From NCBI GenBank assembly GCA_002269645.1, contig NIVC01001187.1, forward strand, positions 186,001-250,000: DNA of 64,000 bases, given 5' to 3'. This document shows positions 21,005 through 34,600 of the stretch, in pieces. Origin of the DNA: Macrostomum lignano. Lineage: Eukaryota. The translations under genes and the position numbers were made by a program. The notes beneath the pieces are model-generated. The model did no database searches. It saw only the letters and a list, made by a program, of their open reading frames with translations, and had not been told where the DNA came from. Each line of letters opens with the position of its first letter. Positions within the stretch are counted from its first letter, which is position 1.

Positions 21005-23783
21005 TCAAAGAGCCCGGCGCTGATGCACAGGCGGAGGCCACGACGTGGATCCAGCAGACCTGTCTGCGTTTCCAGCGGTTGCTCGCTCGTTGATGATGCC
21101 GCCGTCATTGGTGACGTCACACTGACCACCGGCGCCTCCGCCATCGCCCGTAGCGGACATACCGGGGAACGGGCGAGGCGGGAATCCGCCCCTCACTTCC
21201 TGATGAGCAGAGAACTGCTGCTGCCGCTGATGGGGATGAGCCGGCTGATACGAGTATGGTTGCTGGGGCGGATGCTGTTGGGGCGGATACTGGTAGGGCT
21301 GATGCTGTTGGGGCGGGTGGTGCTGGTGCGGATGCTGGTAGGGAGGCTGCTGGTAGGGCGGATGCTGCTGGGGCGACTGCTGGTAGGGCGGATGCTGCTG
21401 GGGCGACTGCTGGTAGGGCGGATGCTGCTGGGGCGACTGCTGGTAGGGCGGATGCTGCTGGGGCGACTGCTGGTAGGGCGGATGCTGCTGGGGCGACTGC
21501 TGGTAGGGCGGATGCTGCTGGGGCGACTGCTGGTAGGGCGGATGCTGCTGGGGCGGACGCTGGAAGGGCGGATGCTGGAAGGGCGGGTGGTGCTGGGACG
21601 GATGCTGTTGGGGCGACTGCTGATAGGGCGGATGCTGTTGGGACGGATGCTGGAAGGACGGATGGTGCTGGGGCGGATAGCGAAGCTGAGACGGGTTGGG
21701 TGGAAGGAAACGGCGCGGAGGCTGATGCTGATGAGGCAGCTGCTGCTGTGGCGGGAACCGGTATGGCTGATGATGAGGCGGCTGCCGCTGCTGAGCTTGA
21801 GCTGCAGCGGCTGGCGACTGCAACTGTTGCTTCTTCCAGTTTGGCTTCCGGCGCTGCTGCTGACCTTGCGCAGCAGACGCTGTCGGAGCTGCGACGCTGG
21901 CCGCTTCAAGCTCCTCGCCGGCAGTTTCGCCGTCGGGCCCGCGCCGCTTGGCCTGCCGCTTAGCCAGCCGCTCGGCCTCATCGTCAGAGTAGTCGAGGCA
22001 CTCGGCAGGCGGCTCCTGGTCGCCCAGCCAGGAAGCGTCGCTCGGCCGGGGCTGCGTGGCGGCCAGCCGGGCTGGCAGGATGAAATGCCGCAGGCTGTCC
22101 TCGTCGGCGAACAGCAACGGCTGGCCGACTGCAACGCCAAGCTCGGCGACGACCTCCGGCGAGGGCAGCAGGACGGAGTAAAATGGGCGAGAGACCGGCC
22201 CGAACACGTCGAGCACCTGGCGGGCGGAGAATGCAATGCGGGATTGAATGGGATTCTCTCATCTTGAAATGTTGATACTAAAAGATGAGTGACATCGGTT
22301 TCTAAGGGCTATTCTAAAAGGCGATTGCTATGGGCCCTTATGCCGAAGATAAGGACGGCGATTTAGAAAGGCGAGAAGGGCGATTCATAAAGACGATTTT
22401 GAATAGGAAAAGGGCGACGTTAGGTGACCCCAAATGGGCATGATCCCAAATGCGCATGATCCCAAATGCACATGATCCCAAATGCACATGATCCCAAATG
22501 CACATGATCCCAAATGCACATGATCCCAAATGGACATGATCCCAAATGCACATGATCCCAAATGCGCATGATCCCAAATGCACAGGATCCCAAATGCGCA
22601 TGATCCCAAATGCACATGATCCTAAATGCACATGATCCCAAATGCACATGATCCCAAATGCGCATGATCCCAACCAAATGCACATGATCCCAAATGCGCA
22701 TGATCCCAAATGCACAGGATCCCAAATGCGCATGATCCCAAATGCGCATGATCCCAAATGGACATGATCCCAAATGCGCATGATCCTAAATGCACATGAT
22801 CCCAAAAGCACATGATTCCTAATCACATGATCCCAAATGCGCATGATCCCAAATGGACATGATCCCAAATGCACATGATCCCAAATGCGCATGATCCCAA
22901 ATGCACAGGATCCCAAATGCGCATGATCCCAAATGCGCATGATCCCAAATGGACATGATCCCAAATGCGCATGATCCCAAATGCACATGATCCTAAATGC
23001 ACAGGATCCCAAATGCGCATGATTCCTAATCACATGATCCCAAATGCACACATGATCCTAAATGCACACGATCCTAAATGCACATGATCCTAAATGCACT
23101 TGATCCCAAATACACACATGATCCCAAATGCACTTGATGCCAAATACACACATGATCCCAAATGCACTTGATGCCAAATACACACATGATCCCAAATGAA
23201 CATGATCCCAAATGCGCATGATATCTAATAGTAATACACATGATCTCATAAGCACCTGTCCCAGAGGCTGCCTATCGGACAGAAACAGCACGGAGTTGAT
23301 GTCCAGCGGGTTCAGGTCCGGCTCGGACTGGGCCACAACCAGAGCGCCCAGCACACTGCTGACCGTGGCGCACTGCCGCATGGCCACCTCGGCCGGCACA
23401 GACAGAGTCAGCCGCTCCACCGGCCCGATGACCCCCTCCAGGTCGCCCAGCGGATTCCGCCGCGGCGGCCGATGCTCCGAGCCGTCGGCCTGCGGACGCT
23501 TCCGGCCTCGACCTCGCCCGAGGCCAGCCGGCTGCTGACTGGCGATCTCCTCCTCGTCACCTTCCTCTTCGTCGGTGGCGCCATGCGCGCTGTCGTCGCT
23601 GCAGCCGGCGCCAAGGCCGCCGCTACTGCTGCTGCTGGAGGAATCGTCAGAGTCCGCGCGCCGGCGGTGCAGGTGAAACTCCAGCCCGGTGACGAGGCAA
23701 CCGTCGGCTTCGAACTCAACCTGGTCCAGCAGGCTGCTGAGCAGCTGGGCCACCTCGGCGTCTGGCTGCTTGTCTGTTGCCAT
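21005..23783 (-). CDS. NAF1: H/ACA RNP assembly factor NAF1, join(23783..23256, 22216..21005), about 579 aa
   Basis: Gar1/Naf1 domain across the junction (SVLFLSDRQPLGQ|VLDVFGPVSRPFY), SDASWLGDQEPP..DYSDDEAE motif, acidic N-terminus, Pro/Gln-rich tail; CAG|GTG donor and CAG|GTG acceptor in phase 0. Confidence 0.92.
22430..23220. repeat. Minisatellite, 16-bp unit CATGATCCCAAATGCA, NAF1 intron
   Basis: About 48 units reaching to within about 35 nt of the donor. Confidence 0.95.
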
Positions 23784-23934
23784 GGCTACGGTGCTAGCAG
23801 CGGAATTTCAAAGCAGGCAGTGGTTAGCCAGGAATAATCACCAATGCCCCAGAAATAGCCACAGTACCCACAATTAATCACAATAGTCTGAATTCCAAAG
23901 TAGGATCACGGTAGACTTAAATCCCCTATGGGAT

Positions 23935-25365
23935 GTCACTGCAGTATTTAATTCCCACTGGGTGTTACCCTGTAGCCTCAAATCCCCACTGGGATATCCC
24001 TGTAGCCTCAAATCCCCGCTGGGATATCCCTGTAGCCTCAAATCCCTACTGGGATATCCCTGTAGCCTCAAATCCCCACTGGGATATCACTGTAGCCTCA
24101 AATCAACACTGGGATATCACTGTAGCCTCAAATCAACACTGGGATATCACTGTAGCCTCAAATCAACACTAGGATATCCTTGTAGCCTCAAATCAACACT
24201 GGGATATCACTGTAGCCTTAAATCCCTACTGGGATATCCCTGTAGCCTCAAATCCCTACTGGGATATTACTGTAGCCTCAAATCCCTACTGGGATATTAC
24301 TGTAGCCTCAAATCAACACTGGGATATTACTGTAGCCTCAAATCAACACTGGGATATCACTGTAGCCTCAAATCCCCACTGGGATATCACTGTAGCCTCA
24401 AATCCCTACTGGGATATCCCTGTAGCCTCAAATCCCTACTGGGATATCCCTGTAGCCTCAAATCCCTACTGGGATATCCCTGTAGCCTCAAATCAACACT
24501 GGGATATCACTGTAGCCTTAAATCCCTACTGGGATATCCCTGTAGCCTCAAATCCCTACTGGGATATTACTGTAGCCTCAAATCAACACTGGGATATTAC
24601 TGTAGCCTTAAATCCCTACTGGGATATCCCTGTAGCCTCAAATCCCTACTGGGATATCACTGTAGACTCAAATCCCCACTGGGATATCACTGTAGCCTCA
24701 AATCCCCACTGGGATATTACTGTAGCCTCAAATCAACACTGGGATATTACTGTAGCCTCAAATCAACACTGGGATATTACTGTAGCCTTAAATCCCTACT
24801 GGGATATCCCTGTAGCCTCAAATCCCTACTGGGATATCCCTGTAGCCTCAAATCCCTACTGGGATATCACTGTAGACTCAAATCCCCACTGGGATATCAC
24901 TGTAGCCTCAAATCCCTACTGGGATATTACTGTAGCCTCAAATCCCTACTGGGATATCCCTGTAGCCTCAAATCCCTACTGGGATATCCCTGTAGCCTCA
25001 AATCAACACTGGGATATCACTGTAGCCTCAACTCCTCACTGGGATATCCCTGTAGCCTCAAATCCCTACTGGGATATCACTGTAGCCTCAAATCAACACT
25101 GGGATATTACTGTAGCCTCAAATCAACACTGGGATATCACTGTAGCCTCAACTCTTCACTGGGATATCCCTGTAGCCTCAAATCAACACTGGGATATCAC
25201 TGTAGCCTCAACTCCTCACTGGGATATCACTGTAGCCTCAACTCTTCACTGGGATATCCCTGTAGCCTCAAATCAACACTGGGATATCACTGTAGCCTCA
25301 ACTCCTCACTGGGATATCCCTGTAGCCTCAAATCAACACTGGGATATCACTGTAGCCTCAAATCC
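23935..25365. repeat. Minisatellite, 30-bp unit CTGTAGCCTCAAATCCCTACTGGGATATCC
   Basis: About 47 units with two independently varying positions; explains the 488-aa ORF. Confidence 0.95.
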
Positions 25366-25643
25366 TTCAAATCTGGATTCCCAAAGAAACACATTTGCAG
25401 ACACTCAATTACAGAGCTAACTGCCTAACACAGTGAATTATTGGTAATTTTGTTTTCAACAATTTGTTTATTTTTTTTATAAGCAAAAATAAGAAATATG
25501 GAGAGCCAACAGCATTCATTATTTGCTGAAGGTTCCTGCGAAATTTATATTAAATAAAAATTGCAAAAATAGTAGAGGCTAGTAATAAAGCGTAGCCAAG
25601 GCAATCAATCAAAACCAGGTTCACACGAATATGACGGGGTCAT

Positions 25644-28600
25644 TCAGAAACTGTCTTTCTGCTTGCGCAGCGCGGCCATCACCTTCACGGGGTCGCTGCT
25701 GCCGGCGCATCGCTGCAGAGCGGCCGACTCGCCAACCCGCATGAACGGATTGGTCAGCAGCTCCTCGCCGATGGTGCTGGGGATGGTCGGCGAGTCCGGG
25801 CTGGCCAAGCAGCGCTCCAGCTTGGCGCGCACGTCCGCATTGTCGGGCTCAACGCTGGCGGCGAACTGCAGATTCTTGCGCGTGTACTCGTGCCCGCAGT
25901 ACACCCGGGTGTCCGGGGCCAGGCGGCCCAGCGTGTCCAGCAGGTTGGCACACATCTGCTCCGGCGAGCCCTCGAAGAAGCGGCCGCAGCCGGCAATGAA
26001 GAGCGTGTCGCCGGTGAACACGGCCGGGCTGTGGCCGGGGCGCTCGACCAGGTAGCAGATGTGGTCCTGGGTGTGGCAGGGCGTGTACAGGCACCGGATG
26101 CTGATGGCCGAGCCCAGCGGCTCCAGCGACTCGTTGTGCGTCACCAGCCGGCTGACCGATTGCACTTTGCTGCCGCCGCCGCACACCTGCGGCTTGGGGG
26201 CGCCGTCGGCCTGCAGCAGCTGGAGCAGAAGCGAGTTGCCTCCGGCGTGGTCAGCGTGGCTGTGCGTGGTCAGGATGTACTTTAGCGAGAGGCCGCGCTC
26301 GCGCAGGTAGGGAAGAATTTTTTTCGGCTCGACTGGATCCACTACGGCTGACTCCTGTGAGGGAGCGTCAGAGGTGCAGTGCGCTTAACAATAAACCTAT
26401 GCAATGGGGTTCCAGCCTAGTGGCTAGAACGTCAGATTCACGAATGAAGGGTCGGGGGTTCGATTCTCGACCCACTTGGAACAATTTGTGTACTTGGACA
26501 AGACACTCAACTCTGCATCATAATATGATACATAATTTTTAAACAGTTATAAAGGTATACAAAAATTTGCATACAAAGTTTTTTAATTTTTTACTTTATA
26601 ACCATCAAAGAATTTTAAGTGTCTTATAAGGCCCTTTAAAATATCAATTTATAAAAAAAAGAATAATTAAAATTTTATTTTAGCTAATGATGATTCTTGC
26701 TTGACTTACATAATGACTCAACAATATACATATTAATGAATCTAATATTATAAGTAAGTCAGTAGCATCCGTATGCCAGCAACCCAGGCTCCATTCTTAG
26801 TGTAATCACATTAATTTTGAAAATAAATTGGAATCTGCTTGGGTATACTAATGTAATTAATGTCTGAAAGTCTGAATTGCAGTGCATAAGCATTTTGGCA
26901 GATAGTATCTAGTGCAGATCAGCTTGGTAGCATGTTATGACATGACATAGTAAAGAGAAGCATAGCAAAGTAGCAAAATGCCCCCTATTCCCCATTAACC
27001 TCTTTTACCTCTACATTTACTTCTACCTTTACCAAACCATGCAGCATTGGGCTCATTCCATATAAGCATGGTCGTAACATGACAGGTTATTTTTACTTAT
27101 AAAATGAAATCTAATAATAGAATATACTAAACCAATATTTTAAATGAAAGATTATTTTGTCTAGAATATATTTATAGAGTTTCATATAGATATCATCATT
27201 AGTATAGATGCTATTAAACCTTAAATGACACTTATGGTTGTAACGACAGGATTTTTGACATATAGAAACTAAAAGGTAAAAGTCTTATAACATTTTTCAT
27301 TTTTGATATTTTGCAATACATTTTTAAAATTTGACTAAGAACATCTTTAGAAATCATACTCTTTTATTAGAATATATAAACTCAAAAGGCAACAAAGATA
27401 CAAAAGAAAAGGCAGCCTTATGGTCGTAACATTATGGTTGTAACATATTTTTTTCTGTCAATTCAGTAACTTTGAGGTACTAATACATTAAAAATATAAT
27501 AGATTATTTGGTCACCAATGCTTTTATCTGATGATGCAAGTACTATACTTTTATCTATAGTTTGTTTCAACCTTCAAAAGCTTTCTATTTGTTTTTAAAA
27601 GGTACAAAATCTTAATGATGTCTTTTGCTTTGAAAAATGTCCAAATTTTTACAAAAATGACTTTTTGCCAATTGATAACATACTAATCCAACATTTTACC
27701 ATTCCTTTATTCTTAGATTGTATATATTGCACAATATAAACATTTGGTAAAAAAATAGGCTAATTAGGCAATGGCAAGCAAAAATATTGACTTTTTTCTA
27801 TTTTCCAAATATGTCCATCTTATATGGAATGAGCCATTGTCAACTTTGAAGCAGCAATTTGGCAAGCTATCAAGGCTATTTTTAGATAAAACAAACTATC
27901 TATGGCTCCATTTTTTCAATTTGTGCAATCAATATGACAAAAAATCAATTGTAAGGCCATTGAGTATGTCCAAGAATGAAGGAACCAAGCATTTTTGTTA
28001 TAAGCTTATGACACTGTCATTCTTACCTAATGAGGAAATTTGCAATGCCTTCCTAGTATTAAGCTCATTTATCACTAAACATGATCTGGTTTTTGTGTCA
28101 AGTACATAAATCATATATAATGATGATTGATAATTATATTTATAATCCAAATTAAAATTCTATACCTATTAACATCTAATTAATTACTATGCTACTTGGC
28201 TATCAAGTTCAGTTTGGACTATCAATGAACTTAGTGCCTATAGGTATATTATACATATGACTATAGACTGGTATTTGGCATCTTAATCAGCATACACAAC
28301 ATAATAGATTATAGTGCTACCTCTTGATAAATTTGTTGTTCCAAGAAAGCAATTTGGTGATCATCAATTTAAGACTTCTAACACAGAGAAAAAATTGGAA
28401 ATGCTAGCAAAAAGACTAGCTTTTAGGAAAAGGCAATTTTTAAAAGCTATGGAAGCAATACTATCAAGTAAGCAAGATGGCTTTGCAGCTACTAAATCTA
28501 GCAATTGGCTCAATGTGCCTTAAAATGTTTATCTATAATTTCATAATGACTAAACTTATTTAAATAGTCTGATTTTGTTTCTATTTTAATGAATTTTATT

Positions 28601-31600
28601 CAATTTGAAATTAGGTTTCAGGAGATACACATGACTATTTTTGAATTATATTTTATTACTCATATGCTTCTAAAAAACAAAATTATATATATTATTCATA
28701 TTATAGGATTTCACCTAAATGTCCCTCTAGTTACCAATATGGGAGTTATTGTTATTGAAAAATTAATTAGTAGATATAATATATGGATTTTTGAAATATA
28801 TATTATTATAGCTATATACTAAAAGAACCATTTCAAAAGTTGATTTATTAACCATAAATTTACCATAGATAAAGAATAAAAAGCTCAACTGTACATCAAT
28901 ATTTTTATGCACCTGTAATCTATATAACAAAAAGCTTAAGTTTTAAAATTTATTGATATATAAAAGCTAGTGAAGTCAAATTTTGTTCTAGTATATACTA
29001 GGGATTATGGTTGTTTTGGTGACAAAGATATTTTGGTAATAAGCAAAAGCCATTTCAGTGAAAAAAGATCCTTTGGATAATAGCCATTGTGATTTTAAAC
29101 AAAAAATATTTTAGCAATCATAAGTTATATAAAACCTAAAATTTCAGAGGTTTACTATAAAGATAAAGATATTCTATGTTTATATCTGAATATTCCAAGA
29201 CAAATTGAAACCAATATATATAAAAATGATACTTAGATATTTTCTTAGATATACTTACATTTATCTTTGACTTTAGATAGATTTTTCAATTAAAATATGA
29301 TGCAGCGTGCTTTGTTTATAGTATAAGGCCTTCCAGTACAAGTAGTAAACACGTTTGTATAGTTTAAGTAGTAAACATTTCCTAGGAATTACCAAAATTG
29401 AATTTACACAAAAAAGAAATTATTTTTGTGTTTGTTTAAATGTTGTGAAATTAAATAATATTTTGCAAAATAACTTTTTTTAAATATAACATATAAGTAG
29501 TATAAATAGGAGCCCAGAATGGGCCAGGAGAAGCTAACTTGGATCTTCCTTGTTCACTGCAAATTGCGAGAATAATAGCCAATCTAGTTCTATAAAAATC
29601 TTATTTGCAAAACTTTTGAAGACTTATTTCTTTCTTAGAGTATAAAGCCCCAAATTGGGAGTATTATTAGAAGACCACTGAAAAGTGAGAATTGCCTCAG
29701 GGCAGTAATCTTATAAATTGTATAAATGCCTCAGGGCAGGATAAATCATCTCAGTGCAGGGAAATTGCTAAGGCTGTGACCCTCTGATCCAGGGAATGCC
29801 CAGGACTAAGAGAAAACTTAGGAGTAAATAGAGCAGACAGTGCTATTAGACCGCTCAGGCCAAACAATACAGTACATATATAGATGCTACCAATAAGATA
29901 AGTAGATGCTACCAGTAGAATTAGATAGAAAAACAGATATGCTACCAATAATAAGAGTACAAATTTTCATGCAAAGGTACATTAATTAAATAGAAGGACA
30001 ACTTTGGTGGCTAACCAGTGGGATTATTTATAAGGAGAGAAGCAAGCCCTACGTCAACTTTGGTGGCATTAGTAGGATTTCTAGAGAGAGCTAAAAGGCC
30101 TGTTACAAATATATGAAATATACATTTAATAAAAGACCTAAAAACTGATATTATAAAGCATATTTGGCAATCCTTTGGTTTATATTGCATTATATTTTGC
30201 CAGTTTTGGTTTATGATCACCTTATATTTTGTTCATTGCAATGTGAAAATGGTGTTCAAAACTGGCAAACAAAAATATACAAAGTTGAAAGTTGAGAACT
30301 TATTTTCGCAAAGAAATTTTCAAGTTGAAAGCAAGCGCTTGGTACGAATTATCTGCACTCGCGCAAAAGCTCAGATTAGCTTTATGAGCATTTCTGCTTT
30401 TTTCCATAGACACTACCACGTCTTTCTGACACGTCAGTAGCACGAATTCAAAATGAAAAACTCCAAAAATGGAGACGAAAAAATTATTGCCATAGATTGT
30501 TGAGGTTGTGTAACACTACCCCTGACCTTTGCGCACGTTTCTTGCTGTAGCTCTTGAATAAAAAAAGATATCAACATGATTTTAACTTTGTATTCTTTGT
30601 GACAAAATTTCCTTTCATTTGACACCATGGGCGTGAAATTTCATGGCTCTGTTGAAGAGCTACGTTAGACACTCCAGGAACTTTTGGGACACCCCTTGTA
30701 CATGTACATGTACATGTGAACTGAACAGTCATGCGCAACCTTGGGAATCACTCGGCCGTTTCTATTGGCAACACACACATGTAAGTCGCTATTGGCTGAG
30801 AGCAGTCACGTGACTACTATTCTGTCCAATAGCGACTTACATGTGTGTGTTGCCTATTAGAAACGGCCAGGTGAATCCCTAGGTTGCGCCCAAGCATGGA
30901 ACTGAAGCTGGGTTAAAATTAACTGTATACTTTAGGTAAAGGTAATATTTCTAGCTTTATTTTGTAATCATTTCAGCAAAGTGCATATATGAAAGTGATT
31001 GTAAACTTCAGGTGAAGGGGTGCTAAGGTGAGAGGGAGATTTTGATACCCTTGATCTAGAATGAGCATCAGTTTTATATGACTATTTGTTATATTTGACA
31101 TGCTTTCTTATAGCTAGCTTTGGTTCACAATCATTTTAATGAGAAACATACATTTAGATAATTTTAAACCAAAGGTAATATGTAAGCTATTAGTACTAGA
31201 TCAGACTTGCTACTTGACATATGGGACTATTTGATATCCTTTCTTATAGCCAACTTTGGTTCACAATCATTTTAATAGGAAATATACATTTGGGTAATTA
31301 TAAACCAAAGGTGAAATATAGGTTACAATGGTTTCCATGCATTTTGGTGCCCCAGATTGCTTTTCAGTGCCTCAATTTATGACGCTGAAATGATGATAAT
31401 AAAAAAGAATACCTATAACAAATATAATAAATACTTTACAAAACGTTCAATATTCCTAATAAAAGCAGTGTTCATTTTGTTAAGCTGGCACGCTTCTTAA
31501 ATTTAGAAAAATCCAGTCAATTTAATTGCATGTGTGACGAATAAGGCAAATAAGACGGATTTGTGTAGCAGTTAATTTAGATAGTTCACAATTAGTTAGC

Positions 31601-34600
31601 AGATCGGCAAGCCGCTTTACCCCTTAGACTTTTGCTAGTGCTACTTAAAATTGCTAGATCAGTTAATTAACTAATTGGTATGCCAAGGTAGACAGCGGAA
31701 GAGTTGGTGTAAGGAGGCCAGACAGCGTCACAGCTAAGGGTTAGCGAGCCTAGGTCAAGAAACGAAGCAAGGGGAAGGGCAAGAGCGGCTGCTGACTGCA
31801 GTGTAAGCATATATTTAAAGGTAACAGATAACAACAACACCCTTAATCCAAAACCAAGACAAACAACCCCCATGCTGTGTGCAATGTACATGTACAAATT
31901 GATCAATAATATATATATCGTGCAAGAATAACATTGCGTCAGTATATGTACATAGGTAGAACTACTTTATGAGAAATAATAACGATATAAATGAAATACA
32001 AATAATAGAATAAATACATACGAGGCTACAAAAACAAAGCAATTAACAGTAAAAATAGTGCGATAATAATACGTACGAATATTGTTAAAATAAATGAAAG
32101 AATACAGTAGTATTACGGTATGCATATGAAAATAAAGAAATACGATACATGCTTCTACGAATCACACTATCACACATGCATTTGCTGTACAGTACGTAAT
32201 CATGTAATATACAATACAATCTGGCAGCACTCAGCAAGCGTGCCAGTGCTATGAAGACTTAGTTAGGTAAAGTTGAAATCCATTAACAATGCTACATGTA
32301 GTTTTGATCGAAATTTTGAAATGTGACAAGTCTACATGTATTTTAGTTAGTATTGATTTTTTAAATTACACGCGACAATCATGTTTTGTTTCATAAAACT
32401 GCCTAGGAAATGAAGTCTGTATTATTTGATGAGCTGAAACGATTGGACCATAATCTATAAGATCTAATCTTATAAGGGCTCAATTTCTATATTCTTGTGT
32501 CCAATTCCAATGTATAATTTGGACACTGAAAAGCAAGCTGGGGCACCGAAATGCCAGGCACTGAAAAGCATAGACACCGAAAAGCGTGGATACCGTTACA
32601 CATACATGCGCAACTTCTGAAATTACGCTGGCTGTGCAACTTAGTTTTCGATAAAAAATGCGACTTACCTATAAAAGAGCCAAGCAAAAACTTTAGGTAA
32701 ACGGCAGGAGTAACCATGACCATATTTTTAAAGCTAAATGCCTCACCAGCTAGTTAGTGCTGCATGCAGATTCCGCGTTTTTATAACAGCTAATCAGTGT
32801 CATCTAGTGGCAGCATGAAGCAATTAGTAAATTGTCAGTACAGTGTAGTGAGCATACTACAAAAGTCATGATTCATGAATGTCCAGAAGTAAGTGAAGTG
32901 AATACAGTGTGACCTATAGCTCAAGAATGATTTGCTAGACGTTTTGGCATGGAAGATGAGAGCCCTGATTCAGATGGCTCATCAGATGCAGAATACGAAT
33001 CCAGTAGAGATCCAAGCTGTGAAAACCCACAGATTTTTAAACCACTGAATTCTAATTCCCGGAACTATTTTTGCATAGATTCTAAATTTGAAGTCATGCT
33101 TAAACAAAAACTTGTTAACAGTTAGGAAAAAGGCAAAGATGGGAGTAATGCATGTTAAACTAAGATTTGAGGCCTTTGCAAATTCTCTCCATTCCTCAAT
33201 CTTCTCATCCTCTTTTTCTTTTCTCTCTCATCCCTTATCCCTTCTCTCTTTCCTCTCCTCTCTCCTCTCTTTCCTCTCCTCTCTCCTCTCTTTCCTCTCC
33301 TCTCCTATCTCTTCTGTCTCCTCTCTACATTCTTATCTCTCCTCTCGTCTCTCCATTCCACTCTACTCTCTCATCTTATCTTCCCTCTCGTCTCTCTCCA
33401 CTCTACTCTCTCATCTTATCTCTCTTTTCTACTCTCTCATCTCTCCTCTCTTCATTCTCCTCTCATCTCCTCTTTATCCTCTCTTCTCTCATCTACTCTC
33501 TCCTCTTTCCTCTTTCCTCTCTTCTGATCTCATCCATCATCTTTTCTTTCCTCTTTCCTCTAATCTCCTCTTCTCTCTCATCTCTTTTTCCTCCCTCAGC
33601 TTTTCTCTCCTCTTCTATCTTTTCTCCCATCGCATCGCTCGCCTCTCCTCTGTTTGCTTATCTCTAATCTTCTATTCCCTCTACTTTGAAGTAAGAAAAT
33701 ATGCACATATTTTTGCTGAAGATAAGAGGAGAGAAGAGGGCATTGAGGAGAAAGGGTAGAGAGAAAGGGGGAGAAGAGAGGAGAGTAAAAATGAGAGGAG
33801 AGAGAAGAGGGAAAAGGGGGGAGAGAGAGAAGAGGGGAGGCAAGGTAGAGAAGAAGAGAGAGATGAGAGTTGAAGAGACACCAACCTTGCTGGTTAGGAA
33901 GTTTCAAAGAACCCGAGGGGTGAGGGCCAGATAGAGGGGCTTCGCGAGCCGGAGTTTGCCAACCCTTGCTCCAGAGTTTAAGAAATCAATGGGAAACTGT
34001 TGACGCAGGCTTCTGATTTTAAAGATCTTGTCTGTTGTTGAAGGCTTCTATTCTGTTTTTGCTCTCCTGCCACACTTGCACCTACTACCCCCTGATTGCC
34101 TCTGATTGTGACTTACTTCCCTCTTATTGCGACTTAGTTGCTTCTTTTTGCAACTTACCTAATCCTTTTTGCGACTTACCTAATCCTTTTTGCAACTTAC
34201 TTAATCCTTTTTGCAACTTACCTAATCCTTTTTGCGACTTACTTAATCCTTTTTGCGACTTACCTAATCCTTTTTGTGACTTACCTAACCCTTTTGCGAC
34301 TTACCTAATCCTTTTGCGACTTACCTAACCCTTTTGCGACTTACCTAATCCTTTTGCGACTTAGCTGATCCTTTTGCGACTTACCTGATTCTTTTTGCGA
34401 CTTACCTAATCCTTTTTGCGACTTACCTAATCCTTTTTGCAACTTACCTAATCCTTTTGCAACTTAGCTGATCCTTTTGCAACTTACCTGATTCTTTTTG
34501 CGACTTACCTGATCCTTTTTGCAACTTACCTAACCCTTTTGCAACTTACCTAATCCTTTTTGCGACTTACCTAATCCTTTTTGCGACTTACCTAATCCTT

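Noticed and set aside
23962-25428. 488-aa Cys-rich ORF (CSLKSLLGYP)n
   Set aside because: It is a stop-free frame of a 30-bp minisatellite with no unique domain or splice context.
26406-26480. Functional tRNA gene
   Set aside because: The boxes are present, but I could not close an acceptor stem and the sequence continues into a SINE-like body.
29750-30110. Possible nested hydrophobic exons in the HAGH intron
   Set aside because: No recognisable homology and no consistent exon chain.
10576-30898. Identical 173-bp length of two MITEs
   Set aside because: Internal sequences are unrelated; treated as coincidence.
33930-33975. hAT-like terminus (rc CAAGGGTTGGCAAAC..CGGCTCGCG); similar lone end at about 50850
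   Set aside because: No matching second terminus or TSD was found, so it is not listed as an element.
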